Below are positions 25,812 to 38,499 of a stretch of 64,000 bases of DNA, in pieces. The first letter of the stretch is position 1; the number at the start of each line of letters is the position of its first letter. This DNA comes from Psammoneis japonica (Eukaryota): the NCBI GenBank assembly GCA_008632985.1, contig QPGO01000088.1:186001-250000 (forward strand), given 5' to 3'. Made by a program: the position numbers and the translations under genes. The notes beneath the pieces are model-generated. The model did no database searches, was not told where the DNA came from, and saw nothing but the letters and a program-made list of their open reading frames with translations.

Positions 25812-28800
25812 ACCCCCATGCCTGAAAACTTTGCTGCCATCTTGCCCAACTTGGCTTTTGGCTCACTGATGTGTTGATCAAGCACCACCAACCACTGTTC
25901 AACCAACAAGCCAGCAGCCCAGCTCCCACAGGCTGCACCCGATCCTGACCAAGGTTGGTTCTCGAGGTGCTGTGCTCTGTTCACAAGCTGATTGGATGTG
26001 CGCAGTGCACCTGACCTCAAGGAGTCAAGGTCCACTTTAGCCGCGAGGCTGCAGACCTGGTTCTGCACACTGTGGACACTGACTTGAACCACCCCAGCAA
26101 GTCTGTTAGATCTTTCATGCAGATTGCTTTCCATTCTGGCCATTTCAGTGGTGAGATCAGGGCCTCCCCCAACAGGACTTGAATTGGATGCTGACAGATT
26201 TGCCAAAGCACCCCAAATGGTCAGTGCTTCCAACCGCTGATCAAATTCCAGTGGAGGCGAACCCAAAGAAGCATCAAGCTGGTCAAGCCCACAACTGAGC
26301 ATGTCAATCTGGGTGGGGCATCTGCAGCAGCTTCCCACTTGATCAGAACATCAGCGGAAACAAAGGACCCATCTGAGATGGGTTGGCAGAACCCCATGTC
26401 CGGAGACTTGAGGACAGTCACCATGCCATTGGTTGCAAGATCCTTCTTGGGTCTCTTGTGCTTGACCTTGCAATTGGAGCCTCTTTTGAAGCAAAATGTC
26501 ATGTCTCCACCAACAATTCCCAAACAATGCGATGTGTTGGTGCCTTCCATCCAAACAACACAAAAACAAGGTGCGTCAGACAAAGGAGATGCACCTTCCT
26601 CGTTCTTTTCTGACACACCTCATGGCACTCCCCCATCTCTTGCAGCAAAGAAATCAACACATGGAGCATGATTGTGGGCAGCTCAAAAGCGGCATCCGGG
26701 CTTGGGGAATTTACCTCTCCAAGCTCGGCACATTCAACGTCCAAGTGCGGATGGTTGCCGGTCATTCCACCACCAAGGCTTGAGCCTCCAAGGAAAGGAC
26801 TTGAGCTCAGGTCACCTCCCTGATGACCCACCCCAGAGGGCAGGGCCCGAGACATGGGCAACAAAGAAGAGCAAGACAAGAACAGCAAAATTGCGTTAGA
26901 TTTGAGGTTGCAACAGGCCAGATTGACAAAGTCAGCATCATCAAGGCCAGAGGCAAAGTGATCAGACATGGCAAAAAGATGACTTTTCTAGAGCTTTGGC
27001 ATGGTCCAGTCACGTTGATCAAGGTTCCTGTCTCGACAAAGCTGGAAAAAGTGAAAGAGTAAAATGCCAACAGTTTGACTGGTCACCAGCACACAAGATT
27101 GTGACCGGTCATCTTGGCTTGGAGGCACCCTCCTCCAAGTCAGGCAGCCAATTCAAGGATGGGGCACATTGACCAGTCTTGCTGCATGTGGTTCATCTCC
27201 ATCTAATCTTGGACACAAGGAGGGATGGATGAAAGCACAAAACATGTGTGGAAATCACTGCACAGACAGACCGCCGCTGTGATTCTTGCTGCAAGTGGCA
27301 ACACCCAAAGTGCTGCAGGCACAATCCGGCAGGGCCCATGAACACAGTGCCGGCACAGCAGGGCCCAATGTAAAATGGAAAAGCCAAAGTGCTTTTCAAA
27401 AGGTCCCCGATGAAAGCATGACGGAACCTCCCTGAGTGAGGCCAGGCACTGCATTTTTCAGATCACTTGTCCGTCAATTTTTCATTTGGGGGACCTCCCT
27501 CCCAAATTGAAATGTTTCAATCCAATGCTTCATGTGAGTTTCACAAGGTGAAAGACACCATGACCCACCATTTGCCATCAGATGGAGCAAACCAAACAAT
27601 TTGGTGTTGATGTCACATGCGGCAGTGGTGCAAATGATGACATGGACTGCCAACTCAAAGATGGTGGATGGAAAAGTGCAGAAAATGCAAAAATGCACCC
27701 CCCCCCCACCAAAACCACACACCGACACAATGCTGCACTGTGCTGAGTGCAGTTAATTTGTGAATTGAAAGAACACCAAGGGCTCTGTTCTCCACACTCA
27801 AGAGACTTGAGAATGATTTGTTTGCAACATTTTCTCACTGGAAAGGAAGATGTTTTAGTGAGAGAACAGCATGGACTGAAGGTGCACCCAGTCCAGCGGG
27901 CGCTCAGTTGATGGAGGTGCGCATTGGCAAATGCAACCAGGAGACAATGGATGATGAATGTGAGCAGGTGTGCACAATGGACATGTTGCTGGGAGCAGGA
28001 AACAGCAAACACAATGTTTCAAATCAGTTCTGCTCACACAACAAGGCAGCATGGAAAAGTTTTACATTGTTGTTTGATTGATTTTGAGGGGCATCTGGCT
28101 AGCTGATGACAGGTTCCTTGTCTTGCTGACTGCAAGGATTGGTTGGAATTTACCCCAAATTCTAAACAAGCCTCAAGATCACCTTGTCACATGAGAGCAT
28201 CCTTGCTCCTGCTGAGAATGCACCATTTCAATGCAGTCACAAATGCAATTTTGCTGCCTCAGATGAAAGCCTGACTGCCATCATTCCTCTGCAAACATCA
28301 CAGAACAAACACGGGAAAGGTGGAATTTGGGCAAGCATGTTGACTCCAGAACTGACATCAATGCCAAGTCAAGACAGCACGGCCACTTCAGAATGTTGTT
28401 CTCAAAAGGATCACAAAGTTTTGTGGAACGTCTGGCTGGTCCTCTGCTTCTTCAACATCTGGCACCTTTTCAGCGCCATTGACAAAGGAGTCTTGTCAGT
28501 TTTGAGCAAGAGTGCTCTGGATTCTGTCAAATGAACATCCATGGCTTTCCATGGAGCTGACACTTGCAGCATCATTGAGGTCTCTTGGGTTCCCAAGAGG
28601 CGTTGACAAATTCCCACTTGCCGTGCCGCCTGCGCACAGTGTGCCACCAGCCGACAGAGAAGCGCCATCTTCGCAGATGAGACTCTCTGGACACAAGCCA
28701 CCTCCCTGATCTTTGCTTTCCAAAATCATTGACAGCATGGTCATTGGATCCATTGATGCTGATGGGTTTCACCCCGTTCTCCTTTGTCTTGGAGGAGGAC

Positions 28801-29894
28801 AAGGTGCTCCAACCTTGTGCACCTCCTTCTGTTTTGCACTGTTTTGGTGCACTGACCATGAGGCAGCTCCAAGCAATGCAAAGGCAAGAACAGCAACAAC
28901 AACGGCAGTGATTGCCGCTGCATCCAGTCCATCACCCAAACCGGCGCTGTTGAGCGATGAGCGTTGAAGGCACTCCAATGGTGGGTGATTTTTGTGTGTT
29001 TTCTCCACTGCGGTTCCAAGTAAAGTGCGCATGGCATTTAGTGTAGGGAGAATGGAAAAGCGCACTTTCACCGGCACGAAAGAGCCAAATTCCAAAATAA
29101 GTGGTCCCCGACGAAAGCAAGACGGAACCTCCCTGAGCGAGGCGGGCGGGCACCGCATGACATCAGCAGAGGTTCGCACACTCTACACAAAATGTGATAG
29201 TGAAACACCGTTGGTCTGCCCGGCAGTTTTCTTCTCTCTTTTGGACTGCGTCGTTGCACAAAAATCAAAAATCTGTTACATCACGATGATGCACAATAAT
29301 CGCCACAACGGAATCATCAGTGATTGGTGCGGGACCGAATGATGGCCATGGGTGAAGGAGAAGTGTAAAGAAACCCATCTGTGGAGCGTCGACACCGTCT
29401 GTTTCAGGCTGGTACTCCGTTCCATAGAGAAGATTCGAGCACTTCTCTTTCGCTTCATCATTCGAGATGGGACTAACGATGTCGGCGGAGCGACAAAAAG
29501 AGGGAACTGCTTCAGTTTCAATTTGTTAACCCGCACGACGCGATTGAATCCTTCTTTGTCCTTAATGCACCTTGAGCTCGATTCCAATGCTGATGGTTGT
29601 CTCTTGTCAATGGACTACGATGACTGTCGTAGCGCTTGCGACGTCGTTGCATACTTTGATGTCGTCGTTTTTGTTTTTGTACCACGCTGCTCCATTTCTT
29701 TTGGGTGTCTTCTCTTCAGCATTCCTTCCTCGCCTGGGTTCACGCTGGGGTATTCGTTACGGTATGCCCCAAGGCGCTTGTCGTCGATACGTGCTGGAAT
29801 ATTTCGGCGCTGATCGCCTGCGTATTTTTCCTATGGATTCGTCGTGTTGGAGTAAGAGCAGAATGCCGTTGACAAAGCCACTGGGGGGTTATTT

Positions 29895-32800
29895 GTGCCA
29901 TCTCAAGCAGTCTCTAATGAATTTACATGTACGGCCGAAGACGGATATGTGATCGTCACAGATGCAATACCGACACCGTCTCCAACACCAGTACCTTCAC
30001 AATCTCCAAGTGCCAGTCCAGCTCCGAGTACCACACCCTCCCAAGTACCAAGTGTAAGTCCGGCTCCAAGTGGTAGTCCATCACATTCAATAACTCCGCC
30101 GAGTAGCAGCCCCGCACTCAGTATGTCGCCGAGTAGTCCCCCGAGTGGCAGTCCAGTACCAAGCGCTAGTCCAAGTACAGCTCCATCGCAGCCAGCCAAC
30201 TGCACGCTTGAGGTACGTACATTAAAAAAGTGTGAGCATAAATTGTGAATTTTGTGAAAGGCTGACGCGTGTTTCTCGCTTGTTGTCATTTTGTTACAGG
30301 TTGAAATGGAATTTCTCATTGAGCACCCAGACCCCCAGGTCAGCGGATACACCAGCTTTACCTTTTCATACAATTGGAAGACCTGTGATGAAGCTGTAAA
30401 CTCTCAAGGAGATTCCAACAAGCGTATCGACGTATATGATCTCAATGGTGTCGATCCTCCAGCTGCTAACGAAAGTGCCTTCATAACCTGCAAGGGTTCG
30501 AGCAATGAGACACTCTATAACAGCACAGTTGACAGTGGCGATATATTTGAGTTGAATGGAACTGTCGACAGTGTCGAGTGCATCATATTCCGTGACATGG
30601 ATCAGGATGTAGTATATCAAACGATTAAGTTCGTGTCGTACAGTGAAAACTTCTTGCTCAAAGACGAGTTTGGAAGCTTGGTCCTGGAGAACGGCAGCAA
30701 TGGCCAAGGAGACTCGAAACAATGCCTTCAACAGGTGAAATCCGTCATTGACATAACTAATGCCGGAAGTACAACGCTGAACGTTACCAAAGCGGTGCAA
30801 AATGTGACGCAAGCCCCCCTCGGCTCTTCCAGTCTCACAAGTTTTCTTGATTCGATTGTTCCGACGGAAATGGTGGCTGGTGAAATGCGCACGATTGAAG
30901 TTCCGTACACAATTGATATTTGCATTGAAGCAAATTACATCGTGAGCGCTGAACTCGAAGCTGAAACAGTCTCTAATGAATTTACGTGTACGACCGAAGA
31001 CGGATATGTAATCGTCACAGATGCCATACCGACACCGTCTCCAACGCCAGTACCTTCACAATCGCCAAGTGCGAGTCCAGCACCGAGTACCACGCCCTCT
31101 GAGCTACCAAGTGCAAGTCTAGCCCCCAGTGGTAGTCCATCACACTCCACAACTCCGCCGAGTAGCAGCCCAGCACCGAGTAAGTCTCCGAGTAGTTCCC
31201 CGAGTGGCAGTCCAGCGCCAAGCGCCTCGCCTTCGGTAGAGCCCAGTAGCAGCCCTGCACCCAGTGACTTGCCATCAGCAAAACCAAGCAGCTGTCCAGC
31301 TCCGAGTACTACACCGACAGTTATGCCACGTATACCCCCAGCTCCTCCAACGTAGAACACCGAGTACAAGCCCTGCCCCCAGCTCGGCACCAAGCGACTA
31401 TCCCAGCAAAAGTCCAGCACCAGCTCAACTCCAAGTCAAGAACCATCAGCTAGCCCGGCTCCGAGCAACGAACCAACTCACACGACTCCACCACCAAGTC
31501 GTAGTCCTGCACCGAGTGAGACTTCCAGTGTATCTCCAAGTAATAGTCCGGCGCCAAGTAATTCGCCGAGTGAACAGCCCAGTGCAAGCACCGCCCCAAG
31601 CAACTCGCCAACGGATACGACGCCGCCACCAAGTGACCGGCTCCAGCGAAACCCCAGTTTAGCCCGATAGCAGCCGCACCAAGTCATCACCATCCTCGAC
31701 CTAGAGCAGTCCTGCACGAGTGATTCGCCGAGTGCATCGCCTACCGCAAGCTCTGCCCCAAGCACCTCACCAACGCATACGACGCCACCACCAAGTGTGA
31801 GCCCGGCTCCCAGCGACACACCCAGTTCAGCCCCAAGCAGCAGCCCGGCACCAAGCTCAACACCATCATCTCAACCTAGTACCAGTCCAGCGCCCAGTGA
31901 CTTGCTATCAGCAAAACCAAGCAGCAGTCCAGCTCCGAGTACTACACCGATAGTTATGCCACGTATACCCCCAGCTCCTCCGACGAGTGCTCCATCAAGC
32001 AGTCCTGCTCCAAGTGAAGCTCCGAGTAGAACACCGAGTACAAGCCCTGCCCCCGCTCGGCACCAAGCGACTCTCCCAGCAAAAGTCCAGCACAAAGCTC
32101 AACTCCAAGTCAAGAACCATCAGCTAGCCCGGCTCCGAGCAACGAACCAACTCACACGACTCCATCACCAAGTCGTAGTCCTGCACCGAGTGAGACTCCC
32201 AGTGTATCTCCAAGTAATAGTCCGGCGCCAAGTAATTCGCCGAGTCAACAGCCCAGTGCAAGCCTCGCCCCAAGCAACTCGCCAACGGATACGCCGCCGC
32301 CACCAAGTGTGAGTCCTGCTCCCAGTGCAGCTCCAAGCGCAAGCCCGGCCCCAAGCTTATCGCCTAGAACGGCTCCAAGTAAGAGTCCCTCTCCAAGTCA
32401 GTCACCATCAATGGCGCCAACACAAGATGTTTGCGACCTAGAAGTAAGCTTTGCAACGTTTCTTTGTTTTACTGCATGTGCCATGGTATTGTCCCCAGCT
32501 CAATAATGTATGTTCTGCTCCCAAAACGCGGCCACACAGGTTGAATTGTTGGAGTGCGTAGATAACAACGGCACCCAATGCGGGGAAATTCCACATCCGG
32601 ATTGTCAATGCAGAGGATACTCCAATCTGACGTGTACGTACAACTGGAGACCTTGTGAAAACTCGACACATTCACAAGGTGCAAATTGTGAATGCAGGGA
32701 TGTGTATCTTGAGAAAAACGCAACGCCTCCTGCCGGAGATGAAACTGTCCACATTAGCTGCTCCGACGCAAGTCCCACCAATGACACTCTGTTCAGTGGT

Positions 32801-35800
32801 ACGGTGAGCAGCGGCGACAAAATCGATATCAGCGGAGCACAAGGCATTGTTGTCTGTTTCATCGCAAAAGCCGACGACCTGGACTTTGTGTATCAGAGGA
32901 TACAATTCTTAACCGACGATGCCGATTTAATGCTCAAGGATGAGTTTGGCAGCCTGACACTCGAAAACTGTGATGACGGCACCAATTCGAACAACTGTCT
33001 TCAAATGGTCTTGTCGAAAGTCTTAATCACCAACGACGGACCCACAAATATCAACATCACGGAGGCTCTGCACACTGTGACGAAAGACAATAATACGCAA
33101 TCAGTCACAAACTTTCTCGGAGAGATTGACCGATCAGTGATAATTGCAGGTGACACCTGAATGGTTAAGGTGCCACATGAAATCGATATCTGTGTCGACG
33201 CAAAGTATATAGTCACGGCGTATGTCAAGGGTGAGACGGTTTCAACTGGCATCACATGCGAAGACGAGGACACGGACATGTTCGAGACAGATGAGAAAGT
33301 AACTCCAAAGCCTACGCCTGCACCGTCCCAGGCACCAAGTAGTAGCCCGGTTCCAAGTGAGTCTCCTTCCCGTGCACCAAGTGCAAGTCAGGTGCCGAGT
33401 GGTAGCCCATCACGCTCGACAAATCAGCCGAGTCGCAACCCTGCGCCCAGCGAGTCTCCCAGTAGTTCCCCGAGTGTGGCAGTCCAGCTCCAAGTGTGTC
33501 GCCTTCGGTAGAGCCCAGTAGCAGCCCAGCGCCTAGTGACTTGCCATCAGCAGAACCAAGCAGCAGTCCAGCTCCAAGCACTACACCGACAGTTATGCCA
33601 CGCATACCCCCAGCTCCTCCAACGAGTGCTCCATCAAGCAGTCCTGTTCCAAGTGAAGCTCCAAGTAGAAAACCGAGTACAAGCCCTGCTCCCAGTTCGA
33701 CACCAAGCGGTTCTCCTAGCGCAAGTCCAGGACCAAGCGCAACTCCGAGTCAAGAACCTTCTGCTAGCCCTGCTCCGAGCAACTCGCCGACGCACATAAC
33801 TGCAATTCCGAGCAAGAGTTTTTTGCCGAGTGCATCACCATCCTCTCGACCTAGTAGCAGTCCTGCACCGAGTGATTCGCCGAGTGCATCGCCTACCGCA
33901 AGCTCTGCCCCAAGCACCTCACCAACGCATACGACGCCGCCACCAAGTGTGAGCCCGGCTCCCAGCGAAACACCCAGTTTAGCCCCAAGTAGCAGCCCGG
34001 CACCAAGTTCATCACCATCCTCTCGACCTAGTAGCAGTCCTGCACCGAGTGATTCGCCGAGTGCATCGCCTACTGCAAGCTCTGCCCCAAGCACCTCACC
34101 AACGCATACGACGCCACCACCAAGTGTGAGCCCGGCTCCCAGCGACACACCCAGTTCAGCCCCAAGCAGCAGCCCGGCACCAAGCTCAACACCATCATCT
34201 CAACCTAGTACCAGTCCAGCGCCCAGTGACTTGCTATCAGCAAAACCAAGCAGCAGTCCAGCTCCGAGTACTACACCGATAGTTATGCCACGTATACCCC
34301 CAGCTCCTCCGACGAGTGCTCCATCAAGCAGTCCTGCTCCAAGTGAAGCTCCGAGTAGAACACCGAGTACAAGCCCTGCCCCCGCTCGGCACCAAGCGAC
34401 TCTCCCAGCAAAAGTCCAGCACAAAGCTCAACTCCAAGTCAAGAACCATCAGCTAGCCCGGCTACAATTCTTAACCGACGATGCCGATTTAATGCTCAAG
34501 GATGAGTTTGGCAGCCTGACACTCGAAAACTGTGATGACGGCACCATTTCGAACAACTGTCTTCAAATGGTCTTGTCGCTCTGCGCACTGTGACGAAAGA
34601 CAATAACACGCAATCAGTCACAGACTTTCTCGGAGAGATTAACCCAACAGTGATAATCGCCGGTGACACTCGAGTGGTTAAGGTGCCACATGAAATCGAC
34701 ATTTGTGTCGACGCAAAGTATGTGGTCACGGCGTACGTCAAGGGTGAGGCGGTTTCAACTCGCATCACATGCGAGGACGGGGACACCGACATGTTTGAAA
34801 CAGATGAGAAAGTAACTCCTAAGCCTGCGCCGGCACCGTGCCAGGCACCGAGTAGTAGTCTGGTTCCAAGCGAGTCTCTTTCCCGTGTGCCGAGTGCAAG
34901 TCCGGCGCCGAGTAGTAGCCCATCGCACTCGACAAATCCGCCGATTCGCAGTCCCGCACCCAGCGAGTCTCCGAGTCCTTCCCCGAGTGGTGGACCAGCG
35001 CCAAATGTCTCGCCTTCGGTAGAGCCCAGCAGCAGCCCTGCGCCTAGTGACTTGCCATCAGCAGAACCAAGCAGCAGTCCAGCTCCGAGTGCTGCACCGA
35101 CAGTTGTGTCACGGATGCCCCCAGCTCCTCCAACGAGTGCTCCATCAAGGAGTCCTGCTCCAAGTGATGCTCCGAATACGTAGAACACCGAGTGCAAGCC
35201 CTGCTCCCAGCTTGGCACCAAGCAACTCTCCGAGCGAAAGTCCAGCACCAAGCTCAACTCCAAGCCAAGAACCATCTGCCAGCCCGGCTCCAAGCAACGC
35301 ACCAACTCACACGACCCCACCACCAAGTCGCAGTCCTGCACCAAGTGAGACTCCCAGTGCATCTCCAAGCAGCAGTCCGGCGCCAAGTGATTCGCCGATT
35401 GAGTCACCAAGCGCAAGTCCTGTTCCAAGTTCTGTGCCGAGCAATGCTCCCAGCGCAAGTCCAGCACCAAGCAATGCACCAACACACACAACACTGCCTC
35501 CGAATTCGAGTCTGGCACCAAGCGAGGTGCCCAGTGCAGCTCCAAGTGGTGGCCCAGTGCCAAGTGATTAGCTGAGTGAATTTTCCAAGTGCAAGTCCTG
35601 CCCTGAGTTCTGCACCGAGCAATGCTCCCAGCGCAAGTCAAGCAACGAGTGACGCACCAACACACACAACACTGCCTCCAAGTTCGAGTCCGGCACCAAG
35701 CGAGGCACCCAGCGCAGCTCCAAGCAGCAGCCTGGCGCCAAGTGATTTTCGCCGAGTGAATCTCCAAGCGCAAGTCCTGCCCCGAGTTCTGCACCAAGCA

Positions 35801-38410
35801 ATGCTCCCAGCACAAGCCCAGCACCGAGCAATGCACCAACACACACAACACTGCCTCTGAGTTCAAGTCCAGCACCCATCGATGCTCCAAGTGGATCCCC
35901 AAGCAGCAGTCAGCTCCTGACGATGCACCAAGTGGATCCCCTGGCACAAGTCCTGCTCCGAGTTCTGAGTTCCGCGCCTGGCAATGCTCCCAGCACAAGT
36001 CCAGCACCGAGCAACACACCAATGCACACAACGCTGCCTCCAATTTCGAGTCCAGCTCTGAGTGCTTCACCCAGTGCAGCTCCAAGGAGCAGTCCGGCTC
36101 CAAGCAATGTGCCAAGCGGATCACCCAGTGCCAGTCCTGCTCCGAGCAATTCGCCATCGGTGACACCAAGCAAGAGCCCAGAACCCAGCAGCAATCCATC
36201 CGTGATTCCAAGTGCAAGTCCAGTGCCGAGTGCAGCACCTTCGTCATCGCCAAGTGCCAGCCCGGTTCCCAGCGATGCTCCGAGTCAAGAACCAACCACG
36301 CGAGAGTTCTGCAATGTCGAGGTGCGTTCATTCTACTTTGACTCATTCACTTTCGTTTGGCAAAGCATTCAGTGCTAACTCATGCCATTGCAGGTTGATT
36401 TGAGATGTGAAGCCCAAGATGAAAACAGAACAGACTGCAACAACATCCCGGTGCCCAATCCAGAATGCCAAGTTGTCCAAACTTGACCTTCAAATGTGGG
36501 TGGCAACCCTGCAACGAAACTGTGAACTCCCAAGGCAAACACTGTGAATGTCAAGATTTCTTTGATGTCATGCCACCAGGTGTTTTTGACGATGTCCTTG
36601 TCACGTGCAGTGGGCCAAATGGAGTCATCTTCAATGAAGCCATTTGTCCCGGCAAGACGATTGAACTCATCAATGACCCAAGTGTTGTCAACCCGATGCT
36701 GAATGACCAGCTTGGCAGCCTGACACTCAAGGGCTGCAACGGTGATCCTGACAACAACCCAAGTCAATGCCTTCACACTGCAACTCAATCATGGAAATTG
36801 AAACATTGGCACGGCAGCTCTGCAAATCACCAAAGCTGATCACATCCAAACAAAGGACGACTCATTCACGGAGACAATGACCAGTGTTCTGGATCAAATT
36901 AAAACAATCGCCGCTGTGCATGGGCCGCAGCTCACATCCAAGTTTCCACCCATCACAGCTGTGACGGATCTGTTGGATGTCAGCGTTCAAGTGGGATGCA
37001 CTGGTGCACTGACTCCTGTGGCCATTTTGGAACCTGTCACCTGGGCGGGTGTCATCATGCAACGAGCCATGTTGCACAACTTTGGACACATGCGATGCGT
37101 CATGTTGCCAAAGGGCAATGAAAACAAAAACAGCAGATTGCCACGGAATTGCTTGGTTGTGGTGAGATGAGCCGGCCGCGTGATTCCTCAGGTGGCAGGT
37201 GCAGTGTGTGGTGTGGATGGAAACAAGGCATCCACTGCCACAAGACAGAACGACTTCATTTGGTTGCATCCACCCACAAAACATGTCCGGCTTGTGGATT
37301 GTGAGTCAGTCACCACATTGGATGACACAGACAACGCATTGATTGGTCAAGTGTTTGGCTTGTCCACCACGAGCCGTCAAAGTGCATTGGCCCACGCCTT
37401 CTCGCAAGACGTGCTTGACATCACGGCTTGTTGGAAGCACGCATCCAACAACTCAGGGAGGCCAATTTGCTGAAATTTTCTCATGAAATGCAACGGAATC
37501 ATCGTCCTGTCTTTCCGACGCGTCTTGGATGTCTTTCAAAAATGCATCTACTGTCACACATGTGGATGCAATTGATGTGGATGAGTGGGCACCAACATGA
37601 CGAGTGCTCAAGGAGCAAATGAAGCGCGACAATGACACAACCCATTGTGCCACTTGTCAGGCCTTGTGAATCAAATTTGTGGCGGACTTGTCCCCCATCC
37701 TTTGAGTTCAGACCAGTCAACTTTTTCTGGTGCAAAGACCAGCCTTGGCTGGCACAGCCAAAACAGCAGGAATCAAGGGAATTGGACCAGTGTCTCGTCC
37801 TTGCTTGTCTCCTTTTCAAAAGACATTGGCTCGGTCAAGGCTGCACAAGACTTGGCAAAGACAATCGTTGTTCACGATGACAACAGTCCAATTCTTCAGC
37901 AACAGAAAGACCATGTCACGAGCAAGGATTTGCCACTTGCCAAACTTTCTGTGGCTTTTTGGGTTCTGTGCCCAATTTTCCACGACAAAAAGTTCAAGAA
38001 ATGGCTCGTGCAATGGGCACCAAGTCCATGCCAAGCAGCATCAGCAAATCCACCGGTCTTGTTGTTGCCAGAGAAGGCAGTGGGAAAAAGCTGGAAAAAG
38101 CCACAAACAGGGAGTTCACAAACAAAGCAACCATGGCAACATGAACATGTCCGGGCTGCCATCTGCATTCTTCAATGTCGAAATCCGTTGCACGTCACAG
38201 GAATCAAGGGCATCCAAACCAACGTCGTAAAGACTGAACTTGATGGATTTGTGTGAGGGAATCTCATTGCAAATGCAACGGTTCCCTTTGAAGTTGATGT
38301 TTGCATTGCCAATGCGCACCGCACACTGTCAAGGTCACAGTGGAAGTGACAACCAAATCGAGTCTTGAACCCTGTGAAGACACAGCCAATTACGAGACCA
38401 ATGCGGGAGG
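29895..38410 (+). pseudogene. mucin-like Ser/Pro/Thr-repeat protein with repeated Cys-containing domain (LKDEFGSLxLE motif); frameshifted, rearranged, 3' part hypermutated
   Basis: PSxSPAPS arrays alternate with homologous domains at ~30300, ~32540, ~34465 (partial) and ~36395; homologous introns 30213-30299, 32444-32539, 36322-36393; stops and frameshifts (e.g. TGA ~33158); 5' end not identified. Confidence 0.8.
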
Positions 38411-38499
38411 GTGCGGCATTTGTTGCAAACGATCGCTTGGCAGAACGAAACTTCGAAGTAGAGATTCCCTGTTCTTGTTGTTGTTGGAATCACTGTCCA

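Larger units (their letters stand above)
17250..27454 (-). mobile_element. unclassified degenerate element (C) whose ORF is split by Copia D
   Basis: Coding-like fragments on both sides of 18317-25811 read through the insertion site (SKVFRHGG / LSFQECQAW); no catalytic motif recognised; ends uncertain. Confidence 0.5.

Noticed and set aside
1..29050. Alternative genetic code or ordinary codon bias explaining missing Tyr
   Set aside because: Neighbouring genes use TAY normally, non-coding LTR/MITE DNA is equally depleted, and paralog comparisons show actual substitutions.
29960..36300. CRISPR-like or satellite array
   Set aside because: Repeats are codon-structured Pro/Ser/Thr coding sequence without constant repeat-unique spacer structure.
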